From contig NW_005434646.1 of assembly GCF_000315625.1 (NCBI RefSeq), forward strand, positions 248,529 to 312,000: 63,472 bases of DNA. Direction: 5' to 3'. This stretch comes from Guillardia theta CCMP2712. Lineage: Eukaryota; Protista; Cryptophyta. Under the pieces are notes generated by a model. That model was given only the letters and a program-made list of their open reading frames with translations, was not told the DNA's origin and made no database searches. Position numbers and translations under genes: made by a program. Shown in pieces: positions 61,201 to 63,472 of the stretch. How positions within the stretch are numbered: the first letter of the stretch is position 1; each line of letters starts with the position of its first letter.

Positions 61201-63472
61201 AAAACTCCGTCAGCGCGTGCAGGGCGGCGATGCGAACCTGGGGAAGCACAAGGATGAAAGTCAGACGAGATAGAAGGGAGGAAGGAATGAAGGGTAAGAC
61301 ACGGATAGGAGGAGGAGGAGGAGGAGGAGGAGGAGGATTGATAGTAGGGAGAGGATGGAGGGCCAGGGAAGGAGAGGAGGAAGAGGAGGAGAATCAGAGG
61401 AAGCATACCTCTGTAGACTCATGGTGGCATCCTTCCTCTATCATCTTCAGCCTCTTCCCATCCCCCTTCCCCAGCAATCTCTTCAGCAGACTCATCGCTA
61501 TCTCCCTCACCGCAAAGTCCTGATCCGACAGCAGACCAACCAGCTGCTCCACCGCAAAGTCGTCCTGCCCCGAGCAGTTCGCCAGCAAGACATCTGCTGC
61601 TACCTGCCTCGCCCGAGCGTTCCTTGCTATCACCTCGCACATGGCTGCTGTCAAGTCCCTGTTCCCCCTTGACACGCAAGCTGTCACTGACCCTCCTCCC
61701 ACCAGCTCCACCCCGAGCCTCTGGACTTCTGGCTCCATGTGCTCTACACAGTCAACGATCGCGTCCAGAAGCAGCGGGTCGTCCTGATCACACAGTCGTT
61801 CCACCAGAGTCTGAGCTGCCAGCCACCTGATGTCTCGGTTGTACTCCTCCAGCCTCCTGATCAGTCCCTCCACCACCAGCGAGTGCCGCACGAAGTTGCC
61901 GAAGGAACGAGCTCGGGCCGCGTGCCGCCTCTGCTGCTCCTGCGCCCCATCTCCTCCTGCTTCCTCCTCCCTCTCCAGCCTCTCTGCCTCTTCCCTCACT
62001 TCCTTCGAGCTCATCGCCACCCTGGCCAGCACCTGGATGGCCTGCAGCCGGACCTCTGCTGCCGTTACTCCTCTCCTCGCCCGGCAGCTGGCAGCAGGAA
62101 GTCTGTCCAACGCGTTCAGCTGGGCTCGCAGGCTCACCGGCCCTCGAGACTGCATCCAATCCTCCCCCAACCCCAAGTGCGGCTGGGATGCGTCCCGAGC
62201 ATGCGACGTGTGCTCTCTGAGCAGCCTTTCCCAGCTGACCTCCAGCAGGGAGAGCATCCTCCTCGTCACCTCCTCGTCCCCTTTCCGAGCCACTTGAGCC
62301 AGGAGCTCCAGAGCAGAAAGGATCACGTCCCTCTCTTCCGTGACCCAGTTGGAGTTGCAGCTGGGGTTACCGCCATGTCCTGTTCCTGATCCTCGTCCCT
62401 CATCTCCTCCTCTCTCCCCACGTGGCTTCCAGTCGACGTAAGCGAGCGCATGTGAGATGATCTGATGGTAGAGCCTGTTGTCTTCGTCTTTGCTCTCCTG
62501 CAGGAGCTGTGCAACGGTCTTGACGGTGCAGCCTCTGTGATGCGATGAGGTAAGGAGGGGAGGAGACGAGGAGGAGGGGGAGGGAGAAAGTGAGGAAGGA
62601 GGGGAGGGGGAGGGGGAGGGAGAGAGTAGAATGAAACGATCAGAAGGGATGATAGGAGGAGGAGGGAGATGGGAAGGATATTCTCAGATTACCTGACCGT
62701 CGCGTCTGGATCTGTCAGCATGTCGCACAAGAGCCGAAACGCGCGAGCAACGTCGTGATATGCGATCGAAGACACCATCTTCATCGCTTTCATCTTCACA
62801 TGTACCGATTGATCGCTCAGCAGCCCTGCGATCTTGTCCATCACCGTAGCATCCTCCCCCTTGCACACCGACGGCAGCGTCTGCATGGCGGCTTGCCGGA
62901 TTTGGCCGTCACGGTCGTCCAGGCCGTTGACAACGGACCGAACTACCTCCTCGTCCCCTCTACCCTCCCCCTTGTTCCATTCGCTCTCCTCCACCATGAC
63001 CTCAAGGTTACCGAAGAAGTCCACCCGACAGGGCACCGGCCTCCTGCCGACTTCCGCCAGGCTCTCTACAGCCACCTTCCTCCTGTCGGGGTTCGGGTTC
63101 GAGCACTGGAGGAGGTGCTGGGAAACTCGAGCTCTCCTCCTCTCGCACTCCCTCCTGACTTTGAGCAGGCGAAGGTCGAACTTGTTGAGGATCAAAGATT
63201 TCGGCTTCTGCCTTCCCGTGCTCTCGTCGAGTCCATCCTCCCCCGCCTCCTTCAGGCGGCTCTTCGCCTCCTCCATCCTCTCCCTAGCTCGCACGAAATT
63301 CTCCTCTCCCCACGGCATCCCGAGCCGAGCAGCCTCCTGGACCTCTCGCTCGGCCTCCTCCAGCCTTGCGTGCCATTCCTTCAACTTCTCGTTCTTGACC
63401 ACCAGAGCCGCCAGAGTCTCCCGCACTTGCTGTACACTTGACAGCTTGTCCTTGGCTCCTGCCTGCTGGTAC
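58213..63472 (-). CDS. HEAT-repeat (PBS lyase HEAT-like) protein, multi-exon; 5' end outside the window, may extend to ~56440
   Basis: Repeats such as LDDRDGQIRQAAMQTL, LLSDQDFAVREIAM, LNDRDEGVRCAAARSL and LDDPEEMIRDKV. Membership of the downstream exons is uncertain. Confidence 0.75.
60001..60100. other. Assembly gap (100 N) within a CCT-repeat intron
   Basis: Run of Ns. Confidence 1.

Overview
Eukaryotic, gene-dense nuclear DNA with short (~40-150 nt) GT-AG introns, many GA/CT-rich microsatellites and one 100-N scaffold gap. The style is most consistent with a cryptophyte alga such as Guillardia theta, but that is an inference. Recognisable housekeeping genes are SDF2-like, DHX35, a TPR+SET protein, a C2/PDZ protein, MZT1, a TPR-GT41 O-GlcNAc transferase, BCS1, a DUF4116 repeat protein, CEP164, a HIRAN protein, an ankyrin protein, a CUE/Smr nuclease, GH20 hexosaminidase, Mpv17, RNase III, an alpha/beta hydrolase, LSM1, a HEAT-repeat protein and tRNA-Pro(TGG). 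The most notable observations are: (1) a transmembrane protein with a bacterial-type STING cyclic-dinucleotide receptor domain (35744-36978); (2) about 9 kb away, an intronless NLR-like NACHT-pentapeptide-WD40 gene next to the tRNA, with near-identical WD repeats and an N-terminal domain carrying a possible His-Cys protease dyad; (3) a ~1.2 kb foldback element with ~530-bp inverted arms; (4) a conserved ~47-nt motif recurring in four intergenic regions, plus strand-polarised GGGGTA islands. Exon boundaries were read by eye and are approximate.
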